64,000 bases of DNA, from assembly GCA_963759625.1 (NCBI GenBank), contig CAVXAD010000003.1:53-64052 (forward strand). The letters run 5' to 3'. A program made the translations under genes and the position numbers. The notes under the pieces were generated by a model, which was not told the DNA's origin, did no database searches, and worked only from the letters and a program-made list of their open reading frames with translations. Source of the stretch: an uncultured Thermoleophilaceae bacterium (GTDB taxonomy: Bacteria; Actinomycetota; Thermoleophilia; Solirubrobacterales; Thermoleophilaceae). Below are positions 50,418 to 63,714 of the stretch, one piece after another (within the stretch, counting starts at the first letter, position 1; each line of letters starts with the position of its first letter).

Positions 50418-51140
50418 TCAGCCGAGTGGCCGCTTGCGCGCGATCCCAGGCCGGCGCGGAAAGCCCGCCGGCGTGGCGGCCACCTTCCGGATCACGTGCA
50501 GATGCCGGTCCCGGGCTCCCTCGAACGGGACCACCCGGCGCACCGCCTCCGGCTCCAGTCCCAGCGCCGCCGCCGCGGCGGCCCCGGCGCGCTCCTCTTC
50601 CGCGTCGCGCGCGCCCTTCCAGGCGACGAGCAGGCCCCCCTCTCTCAGCAGCGGCGCCGCATACTCGGCGAGCAGCGCGAGCGGGCCGATCGCGCGGGCG
50701 GTGACCACGTCGTAGCCCAGCGCGCCGCCTCCCGCCACCGCGGGCAGCGCGCCCCATTCCTCGGCCCGTGCCCGTACCGCCCGCGCGTTGGCGATCCCCG
50801 CGGCGTGGATCAGCCGCTCGATCACCGCGCACTTGCGCGCGGCCGCTTCAACGAGATCCACCTCCGCCGCCGGCATGGCCGCTGCCAGCGCGAGCCCGGG
50901 GAAGCCCGCCCCCGCCCCCACGTCGGCGATCCGGCCGGCGTCGCGCAGGTCCTCCAGCTCGAGCGCCGAGAGCGCATCGGCCACGTGCGCGCGCAGGGCG
51001 TCCGCCCGCGAGCGCTCCGTCGTGGGCGGGTCAGGCTCCGCGGCGAGCGCCGTCAGCAGCCGATCGAGGCGGTCGACCGCCTCGGCGGGGAGCCCGTGGC
51101 GCTGTGCGAGCGAAGGGAGCGTTTCACGCGAAACGCTCAC
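50418..51140 (-). CDS. rsmG: 16S rRNA (guanine527-N7)-methyltransferase
   Basis: SAM motif DVGAGAGFPGL. Position between jag and parA. 240 aa. Confidence 0.9.
   Translation of the reverse strand: MSVSRETLPSLAQRHGLPAEAVDRLDRLLTALAAEPDPPTTERSRADALRAHVADALSALELEDLRDAGRIADVGAGAGFPGLALAAAMPAAEVDLVEAAARKCAVIERLIHAAGIANARAVRARAEEWGALPAVAGGGALGYDVVTARAIGPLALLAEYAAPLLREGGLLVAWKGARDAEEERAGAAAAAALGLEPEAVRRVVPFEGARDRHLHVIRKVAATPAGFPRRPGIARKRPLG
51121..51134. promoter_or_regulatory. parS-like site (13/14 to GTTTCACGTGAAAC)
   Basis: GTTTCACGCGAAAC on the plus strand, encoding VSRET at codons 3-7 of rsmG on the minus strand. Confidence 0.55.
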
Positions 51141-51149
51141 GGCCGCGGG

Positions 51150-51840
51150 TCAAGCGTCGCGGAACGCGCCCAGCGGGCTGATCACGAGCCGGCGATCGGG
51201 CTCGTCGCCCTCGCTGTGCGTCTCCACGTCGCCGCGCTCGCTCAGGTAGCCGTGGACGATCTTGCGCTCGGGCGCGCGCATCGGCTCCAGCTCGACCGGC
51301 CGGTCATAGCGCACGGCGTCGGCGGCGGCGCGGTCGGCCATCCGCTGCAGCGCCGTCTCCCGGCGCTCGCGGTAGCCCGACGCGTCCACGGTCACCTGCT
51401 TGCGCTCCTGCGCGCCGCGGAAGGCCGCCCGGTAGGCGATGTGCTGAAGGGCGTCGATGGTCGTCCCATGCTTTCCGATCAGCAGCCCGAGATCGTCGCC
51501 GTTCACGTTCGCGCGGATCTCGTCGTCCCGCTCCTCCACGTCCACCGTCGCGCGCAGCCCCAGCGCGTGCACGGTTCGCGACACCACGGCGCGCACGCGC
51601 TCGGCCGGTTCGTCGGGGATCTCCTCCGCCGCAGCGCGCCAGGCGTCCGGATCCACCTCCGCGCGCACCCGGACGGGCTCGCCCGTCGCCCGGCTCGTCG
51701 AGCACGTCGAAGGTCACGCATTCGGCCGTGACCCCCGGAAAGCGCGGCTCCAGCTCCTTCATCGCCTGCCACTTGGCCTCGCCCAGGCTCGCGCCGGAGG
51801 CCTCCGCCACCAAATCCTGCGGCTCCTCGATCGACGCCAT
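51150..51840 (-). CDS. jag: Jag/KhpB-type RNA-binding protein (Jag_N + KH + R3H), frame broken near 51683
   Basis: N-terminus MASIEEPQDLVAEASGASLGEAKWQAMKEL lies in one frame (GAGGAGG 7 nt upstream). KH (LLIGKHGTTIDALQ) and R3H (ERKIVHGYL...ETHSEGDEPDRRLVI) lie in ORF 51150..51668. 691 nt = 3n+1. Confidence 0.8.
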
Positions 51841-51856
51841 CACGATCCTCCTCGGC

Positions 51857-52760
51857 TCACCGCCGCCGCCCCGAGCGCTTCTTCTTCTTGCGCGGGTTGG
51901 GGGGCGGCTTGGCGCCGGCCTTGGCGCCGGCACCGTTGCCGGCGGCGGCGCTTCGAGCGGGTCTTGGTCGCGCCGGCCTTGGCCACGGGCGCCTTCGGCT
52001 TGGCCGCGCCGGCGCCGTCCGTAGGCGGTGGCTTGCCGCGAGCCGGCCGAGGCTCCCCGCCGTCGGCCGACGGCTGGCGCGGCTCCGGCTTCGGATACAG
52101 CTTCTTGACCATCAGCTGCTGCCCGACGGTCCACACGTTGGTCGTGATCCAGTAGACGATCAGCCCTGCCGGGAAGTTCACGATGAAGACCGCGAACACG
52201 AACGGCAGCGCGAGCATGATGCGGCGCTGGGTCGGGTCGGCGCTCATGGCCGTGACGAGGCTGGCGGCGAGCTGCGTGCCGACGTAGAGAACGATCAAGA
52301 AGCCCAGGAGGACAGGCTCGGTGACCTTCTCGGACAGGTCGTCGATGGCGTAGAAGCCCGGATTGCCGGCGATGTCCTGCTGGAAGGTCGAGGAGCGCAG
52401 GAGGGAGAAGAGCGCGAAGAAGAACGGGAGCTGCAGTAGCAGCGGCAGGCACGACCCCAGCGGGTTGACCTTCTCGCGCTGGTAGAAGGCCATGACCTCC
52501 TGGTTCATCCGCTGGCGGTCGTCCTTGTAGCGGGCCTGGATCTCCTTGATCTCCGGCTGGAGCTGCTGGAGCCGCTGCATCGACTTCACGCCCTTGAACG
52601 TGAGCGGCAGGATGAACAGGCGGACCGTGAAGGTCAGGAGGATGATCGACCATCCCCAGCTGTTCGGAAAGTTCCCGATCAGGTCGTGCCAGAACTCGAG
52701 CACCGACTGACATACGTCGATCAGCGGCTGCACGAAGTTGGCGATGGGGCTGCTGCGCAT
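51857..52760 (-). CDS. yidC: membrane protein insertase YidC, frame broken near 51950
   Basis: WGWSIILLTFTVRLFILPL, MQRLQQLQPEIKEIQARYKDD, NPLGSCLPLLLQLPFF. The basic tail AAAGNGAGAKAGAKPPPNPRKKKKRSGRRR lies in the next frame, ending at TGA 51857-51859. 904 nt = 3n+1. Confidence 0.9.
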
Positions 52761-52763
52761 GGG

Positions 52764-53015
52764 CTAGACGCTCGGTCGCGGACGGAACAGCTTCTGATCC
52801 TCGACGAAGTCCACTCCGCCGTGGCTCCAAGGGTTGCAGCGGATCAGGCGCCACCCCGCCAGCACGCCTCCCCGGACCACACCATGGCGCCGGATTGCCT
52901 CCATGGCGTAAGCCGAGCAGGAGGGATGGTACTTGCAGCGACTCGGGAAAACCGGCGAGATCGCTCGCCGGTAGAACCGGATCGGGAGCGTCGCGAGCAC
53001 ACGGGCGACGTTCAT
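52764..53015 (-). CDS. yidD: membrane protein insertion efficiency factor YidD
   Basis: YRRAISP....CKYHPSCSAYA.EAI..HG. Confidence 0.9.
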   Translation of the reverse strand: MNVARVLATLPIRFYRRAISPVFPSRCKYHPSCSAYAMEAIRRHGVVRGGVLAGWRLIRCNPWSHGGVDFVEDQKLFRPRPSV

Positions 53016-53392
53016 GGAGATTTGCCCCCGGGGGCCAGGCCGGCCTCCTCCAGAACCGTCCCGAGCGCCTCCTCGATCGCCCGGCCTCCACCATCGCGGG
53101 CGAGCTCGCCGGCCGGGGGCCGCGCCACGATCACGAAGTCGAGCCCGTCGGGAAGGCCCTCGGCCCGTGCCCAGAAGGCCTCGCGCAGAAGCCGCTTGAC
53201 CTTGTTCCGCTCGACCGCTCCCCCGAGCTTGCGGCCGACCGAGACGCCGAGGCGCGGTGAGTCGGCGTCCGCGCGCGGGAACGCGTAGACCACGAGATGC
53301 CGGCTGGCGTGCGAGCGGCCCTCGCGGTAGACGCGCTCGAACTCGCCGCTGCGGGACAGCCTGCGGCGCTTGCGACGCGCGCGGTCGGCCAT
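53012..53392 (-). CDS. rnpA: ribonuclease P protein component
   Basis: Basic N-terminus, GVSVGRKLGGAVERNKVKRLLREAF. Located between rpmH and yidD. Confidence 0.85.
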   Translation of the reverse strand: MADRARRKRRRLSRSGEFERVYREGRSHASRHLVVYAFPRADADSPRLGVSVGRKLGGAVERNKVKRLLREAFWARAEGLPDGLDFVIVARPPAGELARDGGGRAIEEALGTVLEEAGLAPGGKSP

Positions 53393-53399
53393 CAGACGC

Positions 53400-53534
53400 C
53401 TAGGGCGTCAGCCGCGTGCGGCCCTTGTCCCGGCGGCGCTTCAGCACCCGGCGGCCCGCGCGCGTGCGCATGCGGCCGCGAAAGCCGTGGCTGCGTGCGC
53501 GCTTGCGTTTCTTGGGCTGGTAGGTGCGCTTCAT
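53400..53534 (-). CDS. rpmH: 50S ribosomal protein L34
   Basis: [44 protein letters not shown] (44 aa) at the 3' end of track ORF 53400..55205. Confidence 0.95.
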   Translation of the reverse strand: MKRTYQPKKRKRARSHGFRGRMRTRAGRRVLKRRRDKGRTRLTP

Positions 53535-53616
53535 CTCGGGAACACGGCAGGAGGGCTGTGGGGCCGCGCGCAGGCCAGGGTACAAGATCGCCGCGGCGGT
53601 CCCACGGGCACGGCCC

Positions 53617-53625
53617 TGTGGACAA
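53617..53625 (-). promoter_or_regulatory. DnaA box (perfect TTGTCCACA)
   Basis: TGTGGACAA on the plus strand, in the rpmH-dnaA spacer. Confidence 0.6.
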
Positions 53626-53861
53626 CCTCGCGGCGCGGCTCGCGGACGCGCTGTGGGCGCTCGCCGGAGACCGGCCACGGCTTTTCGCGCGTTTTGCGGG
53701 GCTGTACCGAAAGGGCCCGCTGACCCCCTCTTGGAGCGCGTGTACACTCGCTCGCGCCGAGGGCAGCGGACTCCGAATCGCCCGTCCCTCCTCTTACGAC
53801 AGAGTCGGAATACGGCCCTAGCAAGGAGGGTTGCAACTGCCCGTGGCGGGACCAGCTCGAG

Positions 53862-55170
53862 ATGCTCTGGCAGGAGATCCGCGACGAGCTCCGCGTGCAG
53901 GTCCCCGACTTCAAGTACCAGATCTGGCTGGAGCCGCTCGAGGCGGCCGGGATCGTCGGCGGGACGCTGTACGTGCGGGCGCCCGAGCACATAAGGACCT
54001 CCGTGGCCGAGCGCTACCTCCCCCTGCTGCGGAAGGTCGCGAGCGCGCGCGCCGGCAACCCGCTCGCCGTGGAGGTGGCCGACGGCGACTGGCACCCGGG
54101 GCAGGGCGAGAGCGCGACCCCCACGCGCCCGGCCGACGACGATGCGGGCCTGAACCCCAAGTACAGCTTCGAGCAGTTCGTGATCGGCGAGGGCAACCGC
54201 TTCGCCCACGCCGCCGCGCTCGCTGCGGCGGAGCTCCCGGCCCAGGCCTACAACCCGCTCTTCCTCCACGGCGCACCTGGCCTCGGGAAGACGCATCTTC
54301 TCCATGCCATCGGCAGGTACGTACAGCGCTTCGGTGGCGGGCTGCGGGTCCGCTACGCCACGATCGAGGAGTTCACCAGCGCGTTCGTGGGCGCCATCCG
54401 AGAGCACCGCACCGAGGGTTTCAAGGAGAGCTTCCGCAGCGCGGACGTCGTGCTGATCGACGACGTCCAGTTCCTCGCCGGGCGCACGGCCACGCGTGAG
54501 GAGTTCTTCCACACCTTCAACGCGCTGCTCGACTCGGGCCGCCAGCTCGTGCTCACCTCCGACCGGCCACCCGAGCAGCTGCCCGACCTCGAGGACCGCT
54601 TGTCCGAGCGCTTCCGCTCCGGGCTCGTGGTGGAGCTCGACCCCCCCGGAGCGGACGTGAGGGAGGCCATCCTCTCCAAACGTGCGCAGCTCGACGGCGT
54701 GGAGCTCCATCCCGAGGTCCTCACCGAGATCGCCGCCACGGTCACGAGCAGCGTCCGTGCGCTCGAGGGCGCGCTGATCCGCGTGGTGGCCTATTCCTCG
54801 CTCCGCGGGCAGGAGCCCACGCCGGCCCTGGCCCGGCACGTGCTGGGCCGCCTCGCGGGCCGCCCCCGCCAGGGCCCCTGCGGAATCCCCGACATCCTCG
54901 ACGCGGCCGCTCGAGAGTTCGGGGTCGAACGAGCTGCCCTCGTGGCCCGCGACCGGCGCCCCGCCGTATCCGTCGCGCGCCAGGTCGCCATGTACCTCGC
55001 TCGCGAGCTGACCGACCACAGCCTCCCCGAGATCGGCCGTTCCGTCGGCGGACGCAACCACGCCACCGTGATCCACGCCATCAATCGCGTCAGCTCCGCC
55101 CTGCGCACCGATCCCACCCATGCGCACCGCCGTCGACAACCTGCGCAGGGAGCTCGGGCGCCCTGCTTGA
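53862..55170 (+). CDS. dnaA: chromosomal replication initiator DnaA, frame broken near 55117
   Basis: Walker [47 protein letters not shown]. The expected C-terminus [16 protein letters not shown] lies in the next frame, with TGA at 55168-55170. 1309 nt = 3n+1. Confidence 0.95.
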
Positions 55171-55210
55171 CGGCCGCACGGACTGCGACAATCAACACTG
55201 CCCACCGCTT

Positions 55211-55263
55211 CCGTCCACAGGCCTCAACCGCGTGGGAACCGGGATCGGCTGCCTTTGTCCACT
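55211..55263 (+). promoter_or_regulatory. DnaA-box-like motifs in the dnaA-dnaN spacer (candidate oriC core)
   Basis: CCGTCCACA (55211-55219, 7/9) and TTGTCCACT (55255-55263, 8/9), followed by a locally AT-richer stretch at 55270-55304. Confidence 0.4.
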
Positions 55264-55304
55264 TCTGGACACCCCCAACAACTACAAGTCCAGTTAGGAA
55301 GAAC

Positions 55305-56417
55305 TTGAAGCTCACCGTTTCCCGTGAAACGTTCCTCGCCCGGCTCGGCGTCGCCGTGAGGGCCGCGTCCACGCGCAGTGCCATCCAGACGCTGGCGGGC
55401 GTCCTGCTCCGGGTCGAGGACGACCACGCCGAGCTGCAGGCGACCGACATGGAGCTCGGGCTCCGCGTCACGATCGATCCCCAGTCCTCCACGGCGGGTG
55501 AGGCCGTCGTGCCCGGCCGGCTTCTGCTCGACGTCGTCCGCTCATTGCCGAAGGACGACCTCACGCTCGAGTATCGGAGCGCCCAGCAGGACGTGGAGGT
55601 CACCTCTGGGCAAGCGCGCTTTCACCTGCGCACGCTGCCACCGGAGGACTTTCCGAAGCTGCCGGAGGCGCCGACCACTGGCGTGCTGAGCGTTCCCACA
55701 CAGGCCTTCGTGGACACGATCAACCGCGTGGCGCGGGCGGCGTCGCGCGACGAGACGCGGCCCCACCTCACCGGCGTTCTGGTCACGGCCAGTGGCCGTG
55801 AGCTCCGCATGGTCGCCACCGACTCCTACCGGCTCGGCGTCAAGGAGACGACCCTTTCGGAGGAGCTCGAGGGCTCGCTCGAGGCGAACGTGCCGGCGCG
55901 AACGCTCCAGGAGCTCGGCCGGATCGCCGGCGCGGGCGCGGCGGACACGATCGGCGTCGCCGCGCTCGAGAACCAGGTGATCTTCACGGCAGACGGGGTC
56001 GTGCTGTCCTCGCGTCTTGTCGAGGGCCGCTTTCCGAATTATCAGCAGCTGCTCCCCGACGCCTACGAGCACGAGCTGCGCGTGAGCCGCGACGAGCTGC
56101 TCGAGGTCGTGCGCCGGGTGGGGCTGCTCGCGCAGAAGAACGCACCGCTGCGGTTGCGCTTCACGGAGGGCAGCCTCGACGTTTCCGCTCAGACACCGGA
56201 CGTGGGCGAGGCCACGGAGTCGCTTCCCGTGCCCTTCGCCGGCGAGGAGCTCGAGATCGGGTTCAACCCGGAGTTCTTCCGCGAGGGGCTCGAGAGCGCC
56301 GAGTCGGACGAGCTCACGCTCAAGCTGATCAGTCCCCTGCGGCCCGGGCTCATCGAGTCGGGCGACGACGGAGCCGGCTTTCGCTACCTCGTGATGCCGA
56401 TCCGCCTGAACGTGTAG
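55305..56417 (+). CDS. dnaN: DNA polymerase III beta sliding clamp
   Basis: TTG 55305 is preceded by AGGAAG. MKLTVSRETFL, LQATDMELG, ATDSYRL, LLVEGRFPNYQQL, MPIRL. Confidence 0.95.
   Translation: MKLTVSRETFLARLGVAVRAASTRSAIQTLAGVLLRVEDDHAELQATDMELGLRVTIDPQSSTAGEAVVPGRLLLDVVRSLPKDDLTLEYRSAQQDVEVTSGQARFHLRTLPPEDFPKLPEAPTTGVLSVPTQAFVDTINRVARAASRDETRPHLTGVLVTASGRELRMVATDSYRLGVKETTLSEELEGSLEANVPARTLQELGRIAGAGAADTIGVAALENQVIFTADGVVLSSRLVEGRFPNYQQLLPDAYEHELRVSRDELLEVVRRVGLLAQKNAPLRLRFTEGSLDVSAQTPDVGEATESLPVPFAGEELEIGFNPEFFREGLESAESDELTLKLISPLRPGLIESGDDGAGFRYLVMPIRLNV
55317..55330. promoter_or_regulatory. parS-like site (13/14 to GTTTCACGTGAAAC)
   Basis: GTTTCCCGTGAAAC, encoding VSRET at codons 5-9 of dnaN. 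Confidence 0.5.
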
Positions 56418-56423
56418 GCGCCG

Positions 56424-57525
56424 GTGCGCGTCGCCCGCGTTGAGTTGCGGGACTTCCGCAACTACGACCGGGCGGCGGTGGATCTGCCGGACGGGCTCAC
56501 GGTCATCTGCGGGGCCAACGGGGCAGGCAAGACCAACCTGCTGGAGGCCGTCTACTTCGGCTGCACGGCCCGCTCGCCGCGCACCGCGAACGAGCGTGAG
56601 GTGGTGCGGCGGGGCGCGCGCGTGGCGCGCGTGGCGCTGGATCTCGTCGACGCGGACAGCGGGCACCGGCTCGAGATCGGGTTCGAGCCCGGGGAGGCGA
56701 AGCGCATCACGCTCGACGGCAGCCCGCTCGAGGGCCCGGCCGGCCTCGACGCGCGGCCCCCGGTGAGCGTCTTCCTGCCCGAGCGCCTGGAGCTCGTCAA
56801 GGGGGCGCCGGCGGGGCGCCGGGCGCATCTCGACCAGCTGGTGGCGGCGCTGTGGCCGGCTCGCGCCGCCACGCGGGCCGCGTACTCGCGAGCGCTGGCC
56901 CAGCGGAACGCATTGCTCGCGCGGGTGCGCGCAGGCGCCGCGGCAGCCGACGGCCTCGGGGCGTGGGACCGCGAGCTGGCCCGCCAGGGACTTCAGCTCA
57001 TGGAAGACCGCGCCGAGGCCGTCCAGGGGCTGCGTCCGCTCTTCGCCGAGCTGGCGGGCAGGCTCGGGCTCCCCGGCCGACGCGGAGCTCCGCTACCGGC
57101 CGCGCTCGCAGGCAACCGACGCCGGCGAGCTCGCGGCGGAGCTCGGCGAGCGGCGTGCCGCGGACCTCGAGCGCGGCTTCACTGCTCACGGCCCCCACCG
57201 CGACGAGCTCCAGCTTCTCCTCGGCGGCGTGTCGCTGCGCTCGTATGGCTCGCAGGGACAGCAGCGCACGTCCCTTCTCGCGCTCCTGTTCGCGGAGCGC
57301 GCGCTTCTCGCGGAGCGCCGCGGCCGCGCACCGCTGATGCTCCTCGACGACGTGATGTCGGAGCTCGACGCCGAGCGGCGCGCGCTCCTCGGCGAGCTCC
57401 TTCGCGCGGACGGGCAGGCCGTGGTCACTGCGACCGAGCGGAGCCACGTGCCGGGAGCCGACGCAATGGCCGTGGCCGTCGATGCCGGTCGCATCCTCGG
57501 GCCCAGCGGAGCGCTCGCGGCGTGA
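56424..57525 (+). CDS. recF: DNA replication/repair protein RecF, frame broken near 57074
   Basis: Walker A GANGAGKTNLLEA in ORF 56424... The signature SQGQQRT and Walker B LMLLDDV lie in ORF 57229..57525. 1102 nt = 3n+1. Confidence 0.9.
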
Positions 57526-57839
57526 GGAGACCGGGGCCACGGCCGCTGTCCAACGCCCTCGCCGGCGCGCTCGCCGGCGCGCGGCCGGCCACCTTGCTCG
57601 CGCGCGTCCAGGCGGCGTGGCCGGAGGTCGCGGGCCGGCCGCTCGCGACGGCCACGGCGCCCGTGGCGGAACGCGAGGGCGTGGTCACGATCGCCTGCGA
57701 GTCGGCGCTCTGGGCGCACGAGCTGGAGCTCCTCCAGCGCGATCTCCTCGACCGCCTGGCGGAGCGGCTCGAGGCCTCCGGCGAGGGGTCGGTCGAGCGA
57801 TTGCGCTTCACCGTGGGTTCGCTTCCGAACCATCCCTGA
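57522..57839 (+). CDS. DUF721 / DciA-like protein
   Basis: GTG 57522 overlaps the recF stop (GTGA). LLARVQAAWPEVAGRPLATATAPVAEREGVVTIACESALWAHELELLQRDLLDRL matches the DUF721 pattern. Canonical recF-gyrB position. Confidence 0.75.
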   Translation: MRRPGPRPLSNALAGALAGARPATLLARVQAAWPEVAGRPLATATAPVAEREGVVTIACESALWAHELELLQRDLLDRLAERLEASGEGSVERLRFTVGSLPNHP

Positions 57840-57915
57840 GGTCCCACCCGCGCGCCGCGTCTCGCGAACGTCCCAGGCAGGCCACTTTTTTCGCCCATTT
57901 GCGGGGATTTTGTAA

Positions 57916-60486
<2,571 letters not shown>

Positions 60487-60633
60487 GGCTGCGAACCGTC
60501 GCACTCCGGCGTCCTCGGTCGCTCGCGTGCGGAGCACGCGTCGCTCCCTGCGTCCTTGGATTGCTCGGTTCTCGCACAGAATCGAGATTGATCGGCGTCA
60601 CCTAGGCACTCAGTACGTGAAGGGAAGTAACTG

Positions 60634-63225
<2,592 letters not shown>

Positions 63226-63301
63226 CGCCGCCGGCAGTACGCCGCTTCGCCCCAAGGGACAGTGGTCGGTGCACCGACGCTCCCATCGCGCGGGTGGCGA
63301 C

Positions 63302-63353
63302 GTTGCGAGTTCCCGGATCTGACCGTCCCAGGTCAGAAACGGGAACACGCGAC
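63302..63353 (+). other. long imperfect hairpin (19 bp paired in 52 nt) downstream of gyrA
   Basis: GTTGCG-A-GTTCCCG-GAT-CTGACC-GTCCCA-GGTCAG-AAA-CGGGAAC-A-CGCGAC. One G-U pair, valid only on the plus-strand transcript. Confidence 0.6.
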
Positions 63354-63663
63354 GGAGACAGGCCCCGCGCGCCACGGCCCAAGAAGGACGGAGGAGCACC
63401 GACCGCTACTCCCGACCCCCCGGTTTGATTCAATTGGTCCTACCAGGGAAAGGAGGTGGTCCGAGCTTTGAGTGACAGATTTCTTGGGACCCTGGAGGTG
63501 TCCGGCCGCTAGACCGGAGCTGGGCCCCGTCTGTGCGGAACCCGTCGGCTCGCCGGCGGTGCACCGACAGGTTTAGCGGAGTCCAACCGGGACATCGTCG
63601 GCGGCGTGGCCGGGAGTGGTCCCTCCGGCCGCTGACTCGTCGCCGATCCAGTCCAGCAACCTT

Positions 63664-63691
63664 CGAGGGGCGCCCTGCGGGGCGCCCCTCG
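63664..63691. terminator. strong GC hairpin, probable bidirectional terminator
   Basis: CGAGGGGCGCCC-TGCG-GGGCGCCCCTCG (12-bp stem, tetraloop), between convergent gyrA and the right-edge minus-strand CDS. Weak T-tract (TGCTT). Confidence 0.6.
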
Positions 63692-63714
63692 TGCTTCCAG
63701 GCGGTCCAGGCCGG

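Noticed and set aside
53823-53845. Alternative dnaA start at GTG 53843 or TTG 53831 served by the strong AAGGAGG
   Set aside because: Neither codon is in the dnaA frame, and the conserved N-terminus [10 protein letters not shown] begins at ATG 53862. The Shine-Dalgarno-like sequence is left unexplained.
63226-63714. tmRNA, RNase P RNA or SRP RNA in the gyrA-downstream spacer
   Set aside because: By eye I found none of the hallmarks: no GGGG...tRNA-like 3' end (GGTTCGA..CCA) or tag ORF for tmRNA, no GAGGAAAGTCCGGGC for RNase P, and no CC(A/G)GG.CCGGAAGG.AGCA domain IV for SRP. The element remains unassigned rather than called.
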